Assembly (NCBI GenBank): GCA_016649995.1
Contig: JAENWJ010000003.1
Span: forward strand, 349 to 64,348
Direction of reading: 5' to 3'
Length of the DNA: 64,000 bases
Source of the DNA: Peptostreptococcaceae bacterium
Lineage (GTDB): Bacteria; Bacillota; Clostridia; Peptostreptococcales; BM714
In this document: positions 1 through 9,426 of the stretch, in pieces
Position numbering within the stretch: the stretch's first letter is position 1
Layout of the letters: every line of letters starts with the position of its first letter
The notes under the pieces: model-generated
Database searches by the model: none
The model's input: the letters and a program-made list of their open reading frames with translations, nothing else
Told to the model about the DNA's origin: nothing
Translations under genes and position numbers: made by a program

Positions 1-1
1 T

Positions 2-1378
2 TTTTATGGAGCTACCTATTTATTTGACGCTTTAGGCGACAAGCTTGATGTCACCAAAGACTTGAGAACCTGCTTCCCGGACACCTATAAGCAGATCTTG
101 TCTATTGCATATTACTTGATTCTTGAAGATCGGAATCCATTAAGTCGCTTTCCGAAATGGGAGCGTACTCACAAACATCCTTACGAGAAGAATATTTCAT
201 CTCAAAGAAGCAGTGAACTTTTTTCATCCATCACAGAAGACAGCAAAGAACACTTCTTCAAACTCCAAGGAAAACGCCGAACTGAAAATGAATACTGGGC
301 CTATGATACAACCAGTATATCTTCCTATTCGGAATCGCTTAAGCAGGTCAAGTATGGCAGAAACAAGGACCATGATCCTCTGGCGCAGATTAATCTAGCA
401 TTGTTGTTTGGTGAAACATCCAATCTTCCTTTTTATTACCGGAAGCTACCTGGAAACATACCAGATGTCAAAACATTGAAAAACCTTCTTGCAGACATGG
501 ATTTTTTAGGCTTTGCCAAGGTGAAACTGGTAATGGATCGTGGTTTCTACAGCGAAGATAATGTCAATGCACTCTATCAAAATCACCTAAAATTCTTAAT
601 GGCAACAAAAGTGTCCTTGAAATTTGTACGTAAAGAGTTAGATCAGGTACGTGATACCATAAGGTCTAGGTCAAACTACAACACCATGTACCAACTTCAT
701 GCACATACAGCCATGATTGCTTGGGAGTATACACAAATCCGTCCTTATAAATGTGATGTCATCAAAGAGTCTCGAAGAATGTATCTCCACATCTATTACA
801 ATGGCGAGAAAGCCCTTGAACAGGAAAACAAGTTCAACCTTCTCCTGGATAAGCTTGAAGAAGAACTAATTTCAGGCAAGCGAAAGCCAGAAAATGAGAA
901 GCAATACAATAAGTATTTTGATGTAACAACAACACCAGTAAGAGGAACCAAAGTAACTGCCAAACAGGAGGCAATCAATCAAGCTCAAAAAGACTATGGT
1001 TTCTTTGCATTGATTAGCAACGAAATCAATGAACCGATAGAAGCATTGGAAATCTACCGAAACAAAGACTTGATAGAAAAAGGATTTGGTAATTTGAAGG
1101 AACGTCTGAATATGCGACGTACAACCGTTTCATCTGATAGTGCCTTGGAAGGTAAGCTGTTTGTGCAATTCATAGCGTTAGTCTATTTGTCTTATATAAA
1201 AAAACAGATGTCTGATCAAGGTCTTTTCAAAAAGTATACAATGCAGGAGCTACTTGATGAATTGGATATCATTGAATGCTTTGAGCAACCAGGAAATAAC
1301 ATACGTATTGGTGAAATGACCAAGAAACAAGAGGGACTTTATCACAAGCTTGGTGTTAAGCCACCAACCACGTTATAA
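2..1378 (+). mobile_element. IS1634-family (IS4-superfamily) DDE transposase gene, 5' end outside the window
   Basis: The reading frame stays open back to base 2 (FYGATYLFDALGDKLDVTKD...), so the ORF-track start at 62 is not the true start. DDE candidates are YDTTSI, VMDRGFYSEDN and Y-x2-K-x3-E-x6-K (YRNKDLIEKGFGNLK). No terminal inverted repeat could be identified. Confidence 0.8.
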
Positions 1379-1446
1379 TTGCTCGGGAATTCAGGTTACA
1401 ACAAAGGACGATTAAACGGAAGCAAACAGCGGATTAAGGAGAACGT

Positions 1447-2475
1447 ATGTTTAAAGGAAAGCTTTTTTCATTTAAGCGCAAAATTATCTCGATTGATGAA
1501 TTGTCAAAAATTGCGAGTGTAGGCGAGTACTATGATTTTGCAATGCTCGTCGAGGGATTTATTGAGAAAGGTATACTAAAGCCGGTAAAGTCTTCAGGCA
1601 GGAACGGCAGGAGTCCGTCCGTTTTTAATGAGTACAGGATAATTAGGCCAAAAGCTGATTATGCTGAGGCTATTGAAGATATCAAGAAGCTGCATCCGCG
1701 GTTCGATCATTCCAAATATGCGAAACGACCATCGGATTATATCAAGAACAAGCGAGAAATCGATTTGCTAAGTGATTTCTTGTGGAAAAATGAAGGGCAG
1801 TTTAATGAAGTAATGTCGGTTAACGAGAGATCTTTTCAGATATGGGGAGAAGAAAAATTGTTGAAGGGTGGTTCTGTTGTCAAGAAAATTTTCAAGTACA
1901 ATGGCTGGGACATGTCAGAACTCAATTGTTTTGAAACGCCTGAGCCTTTTTTTGACTATGTTTTTTCTTTTGGGGAAAAAACGAATGTTCTGATTCTCGA
2001 AAATAAGGACACTTGGTTTGGATTGAGGAAGATCATGAAGGAAGAAAGCAAGAACAGACTTTTTAGGGAATACAATGTGCTGCTTTATGGAGAGGGAAAG
2101 AAGATCATAAGCAGAAGAATGAGACTTGAGGACTATAATTTTTTGCTCGGGAATAGCAATAACCGATATTTCTATTTTGGAGATTTGGATTATGAAGGCA
2201 TAGATATTTTTCAGAAGCTTGTATTGCGGAATGAGGGGATTAGCATTTCTCTTTGCACGGAGCTGTACACTTGGATGGTCGAGGAGTCGAAAAAGTATGA
2301 ATTGCCATTCACTAAGAAAGGGCAGAAAGAGGTGGACGTTTCGGGTTTCCTGAGTTGGTTTTGCGAGGATGATGCCTTGGTGATAAGAAACATATTGGAA
2401 AGCAGAAGGTATATTCCCCAGGAAATATTGAATTACGCCATGCTAAAGAAATGTATGGATAAGGGGGAGGCATAG
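1447..2475 (+). CDS. JetD/MksG-like Toprim-domain protein (putative nuclease subunit of a Wadjet-like system)
   Basis: 342 aa. Toprim-type signature: Glu185 in VLILENKDTWF (nt 1999-2001), DxD in YFYFGDLDYEGIDIF (D246/D248, nt 2182-2190), and a C-terminal RYIPQE. SD AAGGAG lies upstream of the ATG. The TAG stop directly abuts the next ATG. Confidence 0.7.
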   Translation: MFKGKLFSFKRKIISIDELSKIASVGEYYDFAMLVEGFIEKGILKPVKSSGRNGRSPSVFNEYRIIRPKADYAEAIEDIKKLHPRFDHSKYAKRPSDYIKNKREIDLLSDFLWKNEGQFNEVMSVNERSFQIWGEEKLLKGGSVVKKIFKYNGWDMSELNCFETPEPFFDYVFSFGEKTNVLILENKDTWFGLRKIMKEESKNRLFREYNVLLYGEGKKIISRRMRLEDYNFLLGNSNNRYFYFGDLDYEGIDIFQKLVLRNEGISISLCTELYTWMVEESKKYELPFTKKGQKEVDVSGFLSWFCEDDALVIRNILESRRYIPQEILNYAMLKKCMDKGEA

Positions 2476-4092
2476 ATGATAGACTTTCTCGACGGATTTG
2501 AAAAGAGAATGGAGATAGTGGGGGTTGTTGAATCCATTGTAAATCGCAAAAAAAAGGATATGGAGATTGAAAGTCTTTTCGGAGACAATGATTTTGTGAG
2601 CCTGGTTTTTTCGGTGCTTCTTTATATCATGGAGAAAACGCTTTCGGAGGACAGCGATTGCGATATTGACCATATTCAGGGTTTCATAGGGAGCATACTC
2701 CCGGAACATTATGGTCTTGAGATAGACAAGGGCGACCTTGGTAATTTGACGGGATATATAATAAAGAATGTGCTTCAAAATGAGGGAGTTTCATATTCTT
2801 TTAGTGCAGTGAGCTATTCGTCAGGAAATAAAATGGATATTCCGATTAGATTGATAAGGGACCGCGTGGTAGAAGACGGGGGCTTATATAGGGTAAATTA
2901 TTCGTTGACGGATCAGGGATATGATTTTCTTTTCAGAACCAAAGAGGTGGATCAGGAAATCAAGATGACCATAGAGGAATTGAAGTTAAGGGAGCTTATA
3001 AAGCGAAAAAATTTCAAGAAGGCCCATGACCAAAGCCTGCAGCTAATACAGATGGTGCGGCAAAAGAAAAAGGAAATCAGTTTCTTTGTGTCGAAAATAA
3101 AGGAAAATATTCATGATGTGGATATTGGAGAATATGAACAGCTTGTAGACAGTACATATAAGTTGCTGGGTGAGGAATACAGCCTTATGGGGGATATCAT
3201 GGATATGGCCCTGAAGTCGGAAAACAGGATTAGGGAAGATTGCCAAGCGGGCATGGAGCTTGACGATAAATTGAGAAAAGCTCAGCATGACATAAAGAAG
3301 ATTGGCGAAAATATAAAAGCGGCTCTGAGCGAGCAGAGGCATCTAATAGTAAACCGCCAGAGCCTGACAAAGATATATAAGGCTACGATGAGCGATTCGT
3401 TTGAGCGCAATATTGAAAATAGGTATGACATGGAGGATATCATATTAAGACAGATGGAAGAGCATGTCGATATGGCAGATGAGTTCTGGCAACTTGTAAA
3501 TCCGCTTTTCATGCCGAATGTATACTCTAACATCAATATAAGGAGCATGTATGAGCCCCAAGGAATGATACAGCTCGAAAGCGGCGAAGAAAGTGCTGTT
3601 ATCGAAAAGGAAGAGCTCATGGAAGATTGCGAGAGGGAAAGGATTGAAGGAATAAATGAAACGTATGTAGAGATAATGGAATATCTTTTGACATATGTAC
3701 GTGAAAAAAGAGAGGTCAGTTTTGATGAGGTGATAAATTCACTTGAGGCCGATAAGGAAACATTCGAAAAGTTCACCAAAGACAGGCTTCTCTTTATGAC
3801 AATCCTGAAGCTTTATGACATAGGATCTATAGATGTTGAAGAATGGGAAAGACGGGGCGGGAAGGTTGTCATGAATCTGTCTGAAGAGTTTAACCTGGAG
3901 TATTGCCTCGGCAGGCTGGCGGATGAACGGGAATGTCTCCGCGGAGTCAAGAGGCTTGATGTATCGAAGCTTGGAGACGAACTCATAGAAGTGGAGATAA
4001 ATAGAAGCAAGGAAGGCGCCTTAAAAGAAATAAGCAAGATAGAGATGTCTAATTTTTGTATAAAGGTGGTAAAACGGGATGAATTCAATTAA
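2476..4092 (+). CDS. Hypothetical protein, kleisin-like (JetA/MukF position) by architecture only
   Basis: 538 aa with globular N- and C-terminal parts and a charged, heptad-rich central region (EELKLRELIKRKNFKKAHDQSLQLIQMVRQKKKE...). SD GGGGGAGG upstream. Its position between the Toprim gene and a small acidic protein plus SMC ATPase suggests kleisin. I recognise no catalytic motif. Confidence 0.45.
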   Translation: MIDFLDGFEKRMEIVGVVESIVNRKKKDMEIESLFGDNDFVSLVFSVLLYIMEKTLSEDSDCDIDHIQGFIGSILPEHYGLEIDKGDLGNLTGYIIKNVLQNEGVSYSFSAVSYSSGNKMDIPIRLIRDRVVEDGGLYRVNYSLTDQGYDFLFRTKEVDQEIKMTIEELKLRELIKRKNFKKAHDQSLQLIQMVRQKKKEISFFVSKIKENIHDVDIGEYEQLVDSTYKLLGEEYSLMGDIMDMALKSENRIREDCQAGMELDDKLRKAQHDIKKIGENIKAALSEQRHLIVNRQSLTKIYKATMSDSFERNIENRYDMEDIILRQMEEHVDMADEFWQLVNPLFMPNVYSNINIRSMYEPQGMIQLESGEESAVIEKEELMEDCERERIEGINETYVEIMEYLLTYVREKREVSFDEVINSLEADKETFEKFTKDRLLFMTILKLYDIGSIDVEEWERRGGKVVMNLSEEFNLEYCLGRLADERECLRGVKRLDVSKLGDELIEVEINRSKEGALKEISKIEMSNFCIKVVKRDEFN

Positions 4093-4780
4093 CTCGGCAG
4101 TGAAAATTTTTAGGGTGCTATTGGAAAATGGGCAACTCGATAGGGAAGACAGCAGCGATCTTTTTGTCGAATACTTGAATTCGGAGGTGCAGGATGCTCT
4201 CGGCGAATTCGAGGAAGAAATGGAATGCAGGATAATAAAGATAAAAAACACTATTTACCTTCTTCCGAATTGCGATAACGGATTTTTGGGATTTAAAGGG
4301 AAGAATTTCAAGGGCTATTTTGGGTCTAATTCGACACTTAAGGACAACTATCTTGCTTACTATATCACGATGTTTCTATTGTTCAAGTTTTATGGAGGGA
4401 AAAATAAGAATCCCAAGCAACGGGAGTTTATTAGGGTGATGACACTGATAGAAGAACTTGATATGAGGTTTGATTCTATTTTAAGCAGGGCGCGGGAGGA
4501 AGTGCTTGAAAAAGAAGAGGAGCTTAATGTCAATCTGATAGGTATCGCCGAGCTCTGGAACCAGAAGATTGCACTCGAGATGAACAAGCGCACTACGAAG
4601 CACGGAACGGTAACAAGGGTTTGCAATTTACTAAGAGACGAGAAGCTTGTAAGATTCATAGAGGACAAAAAGGAAATACGCACGACTAAGAAACTCGACG
4701 ATCTTATGACATATTATTTCCTTAACGACAGCAGGATTGACGAGATAAACGGACTATTCCGGACGGGGGGGGTGGAATAA
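4079..4780 (+). CDS. Hypothetical protein, KITE-like (JetB/MukE position) by size and context
   Basis: 233 aa. It overlaps the upstream gene by 14 nt and its stop overlaps the next start (TAATG). SD AAGGTGG. Size and position match DUF4194-type subunits. There is no direct motif evidence. Confidence 0.45.
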   Translation: MNSINSAVKIFRVLLENGQLDREDSSDLFVEYLNSEVQDALGEFEEEMECRIIKIKNTIYLLPNCDNGFLGFKGKNFKGYFGSNSTLKDNYLAYYITMFLLFKFYGGKNKNPKQREFIRVMTLIEELDMRFDSILSRAREEVLEKEEELNVNLIGIAELWNQKIALEMNKRTTKHGTVTRVCNLLRDEKLVRFIEDKKEIRTTKKLDDLMTYYFLNDSRIDEINGLFRTGGVE

Positions 4781-7700
4781 TGCCTCAGATTAACAGGATT
4801 AGGATTATTAATTTTTCATATAATAACAACAACAGGAACATACTTGACGAGACCTTCGATTTTTACCAAGGGGAAAACGCTCTTTTGAGCCTAAAGAACG
4901 GGGGCGGAAAGAGTGTGCTTGTGCAGCTGTTGTTTCAGCCGATTATTCCCAAATCCAAACTCATGGGCAGGAGGATAGAGGATTTTTTCATAGGCAGGAA
5001 TACTCCTTCGTACGTGATGATAGAGTGGAAGCTCGAGGATGAAGGTGGCTATCTGCTTACGGGAATCGGACTGGCAAACAGGATAGCGAGAGGCGGAGAA
5101 GGCGAGGAACCGGGCAACAATGTAAAATATTTTACATTTACATCGGCATATCGTAATGAGAATGCTTTCGACATAGTTGGGATTCCCCTGGTCGAAAAAC
5201 ATGGAAACGGCATTAGCATAGAGGAGTTCAGGGAAGCAAAGAGAATCATTGGAGGGAAGGAAAAGGCCTCAGGTTCAGATGTCAGGATGTTTACCGAAGA
5301 GGATGCAGTTGAGTACAGAAGATATCTCGAGAGTTACAACATTTTTCGGGACGAGTGGAAATCGATAGTTCTCAAGATAAATGAGTCTGAGGGTGGGGTT
5401 ATCGAGATTTTCGAAAAATGCAAGACATCGCAGATATTGATGAATGAATGGATTTTGAAATCGATTGAAAAAGTTGTAAATAAAGAGGACCGGGATCAGA
5501 ATATGTTGGAAAAGATGCTCGAAAATCTGGTCGAGGAAATGATAGACAACGAAGCGTATATCTACGAGAAGGAAATTTACCATGAGTTTCTCAAGGATAC
5601 CGAGGACCATCTTATCCGGCTTGACGAGTTGATGATTTCCATCGACAAGGAGAAGGAAATAGAGGATTCCATGGCGAGGATGTACGGAAGCCTCTTAAAA
5701 AGGCTCGGGATTGCCAACAAGGAGACGGAAACGCAAAGAATAGCAATATCTGCTTGCAAAGAGGAACTGAATAGGATAACTCTCGAGGAGCGTTCGAAGG
5801 AATACTACGATGCTCTTGATAAGGTCGGGAAATTGTCGAGAGTGAGAGCTGAAAAAGAGGAAGAGCTGAAGGCTGCCGAAAAAGAGCTTGAGAATAATAA
5901 GAGGGGAATCGCGGTTCAGGAAGCCGCAAGGGGATTCGCGCGCATAAAAGCGCTTAAGCAAGCAATTTCAATTATAAAAGAGAAGATCGGCAAGATAAAA
6001 AATGATGGGGACAATAGGAAAAAGATAAAGAACCTTGAATATTCGTTAAGGATTGCGTACGAGAAGGCTTTGGAGAAACTGAGGGGCGAGATAGACGGAG
6101 CGAGTTTGAGAAAGAAGGAAATAGAAAGTGAAATAGGTGAATTGGATGAGGTTTTGAGGGCCATCGGCTCCAATACTGAATTGCTTCAAAGAAAGTTAGG
6201 CGGAGCCGAAAATAAAGTGAAAGATTTTCTAATTTATGAGAAGAAGGCTGCTGAAGCCCTTTCCATAAAATACGAAAGAAATCTGCTGGGAGAGATAGAG
6301 AATGATTATTATGAAAGATATTCTCTTGCTGCAGAAAATGAGCTCAATAACTTGAAGGAAGAAAAAGCTGATATTGATGGTGATGTTGTAAGGGCAAATG
6401 AGAGGGAAGTGCAGATAGAAAAGGACTTGGAGGAGAAAAGGCAAAGTGGGCAGGATGCGGCGGTAGAGTTTTCGAGGCTCGCGGGCAAAATCGAAGACTA
6501 TCGAGACAAGGAAGAAGCAGTAAAGCCTTTGCTTGAGAGATACGAAATTGATTTCAGGGAAAGATTTCGGCATGGAGAGAACAGTATGATCCTTTGCGGG
6601 ATCATAAAAGAGCTTGAAAAAAAGGAAAGGGAGATAGATCTGGATGTGAGAGTCATGAGGGAAAACATTGATTCATTGAGGGACGGATCGCTTCATGTTT
6701 CCAAGGAATTCAAGCAATGGCTGATAAACCACGATATTGGTTTTGAAACCGGGGAAAACTATCTTAGGAAGCAGAAGCCGGAAAGAAGAGGCGCGCTTAC
6801 AAGCAAAAATCCTATGCTTCCGTTTTCGTTTTTGCTCTACGAGGATGACATTGCAAGTATAGGGACAATGGAAATTGGTATAGACATGCATCAGATGGTG
6901 CCGATTATGTCCTATGGGGACGTGAAAAATAAATTTGATTCAGAAGGAAATTTGCTTCAGGTGCAGGACGGAATTCGTTTCATATGCCTCTACGACGAGA
7001 AGATGATAGATACCGACAATTTGGAAATTTACATGGAAGAGAAAAAAAGAGAATTGAAAGAAATAGAGGGTAAACTCGGGCACTATAGGGAGGAACTCAA
7101 TTGCGCGAGGAATGATGCGCAAGAATTGAATCTATTCGCTTTTGACGAAAACTATGCCTATGAGCTTGAAAAGAAGAATGAAAGCGCCTTGGCGCGCATT
7201 GCTTCGATAGACGAGGAAACAATAAGGCTTGGTGAAGAGCGGGACAGAATCAAGAAAAGACTCAAAGAGTGCAGAGAAAGGATCGTCGAAATCGGTTCGC
7301 TAGCAAAAGAGTGCGAAGCGAGGAAGCGGGGGCTTGGGGAATTTATAGAAAAAGAAAAAGGGTATCAGGCAAGCAGGCAGCTTGTAGCAGAGTGCGAAAA
7401 TGGCTTGCGTGGGAATAAAAAGGAAAGGGAAAGAAAAGAAAAAGAAAAGGATTGCCTAGGTAAAGAGAAGGAATCCATAGGTGATATTATAATGAGGCTG
7501 GGCATGGAGATAAAAGATAAGGAGAAGGGGTATGCGTGCTATGCGGAGGCCGTGGACGGAGAGCTTTTGGATGATGATCTGGAATCCATGGAGGGAAGGC
7601 TGAGGGTCCTGCATAGCAAGATATCGTTACGCCTTGAGGAGCTTGAGAAGGAGCTGGAGGAAAAGTTCGGAGAGTTAAAAGAAAAAGAGACCATGCTTGA

Positions 7701-9177
7701 AGTGTGCGAGTTAAAGGAATCGGAATACAGGGATGTTGCCTTTGACTTGAAAAGGTTGAAGGAGCTTAAGGTTATGGGGCGCGCTTTGGAGGCTAGTTGC
7801 GGGGAAGCTGATGAGGCTTTGAACAAAGCGTATGGAAGCCTCAAACATGCCGAGGGGATGCTTGAAACTGCGCAAAAGGAAATATTGAAACTGACAGATG
7901 TCATTTTGGAAAGATCATCGATAAAGATGAATTTTGAGGGCCGTAGGGAGACGGAAGTAGCCGGAATGAGAAGCGCCGAAAAAAGGATTATTGAGCTTGA
8001 GAAGATATGCAGTGAGTGCAGGGACATAATAAGTGATATAAAAGCGAAGATAAACATTGGTTCATATAGCAAAGACGCCGGATATGAAATAGTAATAAGT
8101 TTCAGGGAGGATTTTGGGAAGCTTGAAATGGATCTTCGGGACGTAAAGGCAGAGAATGAAAAGCTTGAGAGGAATGCAGAAATAAACTATGGAGACATGA
8201 AAAACGAATTTGTCGATAAGAATGTAAACCTTAAAAAAATCTTTGACGGACTGGGATCGTTAGTTCAAAAGGCAAGGAGCAATAAGGATGACTACTATTA
8301 TCTGTGGGAAAGGATGACAGATAGCAAAGAAATATTGGACAAGTTGATAAAGGTCTGTGAACAAATGCTTTCGAGTTTCGAGAAGACCAAAAGGGACATG
8401 ATACAACATAGTTATATGCATGGGAAGCAGGTATACGACGAAATTCAAAAGATTGGCGAGAATTCTTCCATAAAGCTTGAAGGGAAGTCGCGCCCGGTTC
8501 CTATGCTGAAGATTGATATGGAGCCGCTTGAAGCCGTGGAGAAGGAAAATATCGACAAGATGAAAATGTATATAGAGAATTGCATTGGGATAATAAAAGA
8601 GGACATGAAAGAGAACAAAAAAATTGAAGATGTTCGCAAGAAAATTCACAGATATATGTCGACGAAGGAACTTTTAAATGTACTTTCCGATATGGGCAAG
8701 ATGACTGTTCGCGCATACAAGATAGATGTGAATTCTAGAAACAACAGATACAAAACATGGGAACAGGTGATAAAGGAGAATTCCGGTGGGGAAAGATTCG
8801 TTTCGTTTTTTGCCGTGCTTGTGGCGTTGATGTCCTATACGAGGACGAGCCTTAAGCTTGAGGATGACTATAGAAGGAACAGGGATACAAAGGTACTTGT
8901 TATGGATAATCCCTTTGGGCCAATATCATCCGAGCATTTGCTCAAGCCGCTGTTCAAGATAGCAGAGAAATACAATACACAGCTTATATGCCTTACGGAT
9001 TTGAAACAAAATTCAATCCTCAACTGCTTTAATCTTATTTACATGATTAAGATAAGAAAAAGCGTATTCGGTACTAGTGAATACATTCAAGTAGAGAGGC
9101 AGATAAAAAACGGCGCTGAAATGGAACAGGACGAAAAACTCGAAAAGGCCGTAATGATGTCGCAAATCAGTTTTTAA
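4780..9177 (+). CDS. SMC-like ABC ATPase with very long coiled coil (JetC/MukB-like)
   Basis: 1465 aa. Walker A LKNGGGKS (nt 4891-4914). More than 1000 aa are E/K/L/R-rich coiled coil, interrupted by a non-coil segment at about aa 640-750 (hinge candidate). ABC signature SGGERF starts at nt 8782. Walker B is KVLVMDN (Asp at nt 8905-8907). Confidence 0.8.
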   Translation: MPQINRIRIINFSYNNNNRNILDETFDFYQGENALLSLKNGGGKSVLVQLLFQPIIPKSKLMGRRIEDFFIGRNTPSYVMIEWKLEDEGGYLLTGIGLANRIARGGEGEEPGNNVKYFTFTSAYRNENAFDIVGIPLVEKHGNGISIEEFREAKRIIGGKEKASGSDVRMFTEEDAVEYRRYLESYNIFRDEWKSIVLKINESEGGVIEIFEKCKTSQILMNEWILKSIEKVVNKEDRDQNMLEKMLENLVEEMIDNEAYIYEKEIYHEFLKDTEDHLIRLDELMISIDKEKEIEDSMARMYGSLLKRLGIANKETETQRIAISACKEELNRITLEERSKEYYDALDKVGKLSRVRAEKEEELKAAEKELENNKRGIAVQEAARGFARIKALKQAISIIKEKIGKIKNDGDNRKKIKNLEYSLRIAYEKALEKLRGEIDGASLRKKEIESEIGELDEVLRAIGSNTELLQRKLGGAENKVKDFLIYEKKAAEALSIKYERNLLGEIENDYYERYSLAAENELNNLKEEKADIDGDVVRANEREVQIEKDLEEKRQSGQDAAVEFSRLAGKIEDYRDKEEAVKPLLERYEIDFRERFRHGENSMILCGIIKELEKKEREIDLDVRVMRENIDSLRDGSLHVSKEFKQWLINHDIGFETGENYLRKQKPERRGALTSKNPMLPFSFLLYEDDIASIGTMEIGIDMHQMVPIMSYGDVKNKFDSEGNLLQVQDGIRFICLYDEKMIDTDNLEIYMEEKKRELKEIEGKLGHYREELNCARNDAQELNLFAFDENYAYELEKKNESALARIASIDEETIRLGEERDRIKKRLKECRERIVEIGSLAKECEARKRGLGEFIEKEKGYQASRQLVAECENGLRGNKKERERKEKEKDCLGKEKESIGDIIMRLGMEIKDKEKGYACYAEAVDGELLDDDLESMEGRLRVLHSKISLRLEELEKELEEKFGELKEKETMLEVCELKESEYRDVAFDLKRLKELKVMGRALEASCGEADEALNKAYGSLKHAEGMLETAQKEILKLTDVILERSSIKMNFEGRRETEVAGMRSAEKRIIELEKICSECRDIISDIKAKINIGSYSKDAGYEIVISFREDFGKLEMDLRDVKAENEKLERNAEINYGDMKNEFVDKNVNLKKIFDGLGSLVQKARSNKDDYYYLWERMTDSKEILDKLIKVCEQMLSSFEKTKRDMIQHSYMHGKQVYDEIQKIGENSSIKLEGKSRPVPMLKIDMEPLEAVEKENIDKMKMYIENCIGIIKEDMKENKKIEDVRKKIHRYMSTKELLNVLSDMGKMTVRAYKIDVNSRNNRYKTWEQVIKENSGGERFVSFFAVLVALMSYTRTSLKLEDDYRRNRDTKVLVMDNPFGPISSEHLLKPLFKIAEKYNTQLICLTDLKQNSILNCFNLIYMIKIRKSVFGTSEYIQVERQIKNGAEMEQDEKLEKAVMMSQISF

Positions 9178-9365
9178 CAAATAAAGATGAGAGGATTCGG
9201 ATACGGAAGCGGATATGGTCCGAGGAACGGAACGATAAGAGCAGGCAATGGCAGATAGATTTACAGAAAAAGAATAAGATAAATAATATCGAGGAGGCAT
9301 CTTTCGATTGATTTCGGGGGTTGATTGTGTGTGTGAATATAAATATTGCAAATTGTGATAAAAAA

Positions 9366-9397
9366 TTAACATTTCGATGCGTCTTATGGTATATAAT
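9366..9397 (+). promoter_or_regulatory. Putative sigma-A promoter for the 9427 gene
   Basis: TTAACA (9366-9371), an 18-nt spacer, then TGgTATATAAT (extended -10, 9387-9397). SD AAAGGTGGGGA precedes the ATG at 9427. Confidence 0.4.
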
Positions 9398-9426
9398 GAA
9401 AGTAGAAACCTAAAGGTGGGGATATC

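Noticed and set aside
9187-9258. Gly-rich 23-codon ORF (MRGFGYGSGYGPRNGTIRAGNGR) just after the SMC gene
   Set aside because: There is no SD or promoter, and it is too short to evaluate. It is most likely chance.
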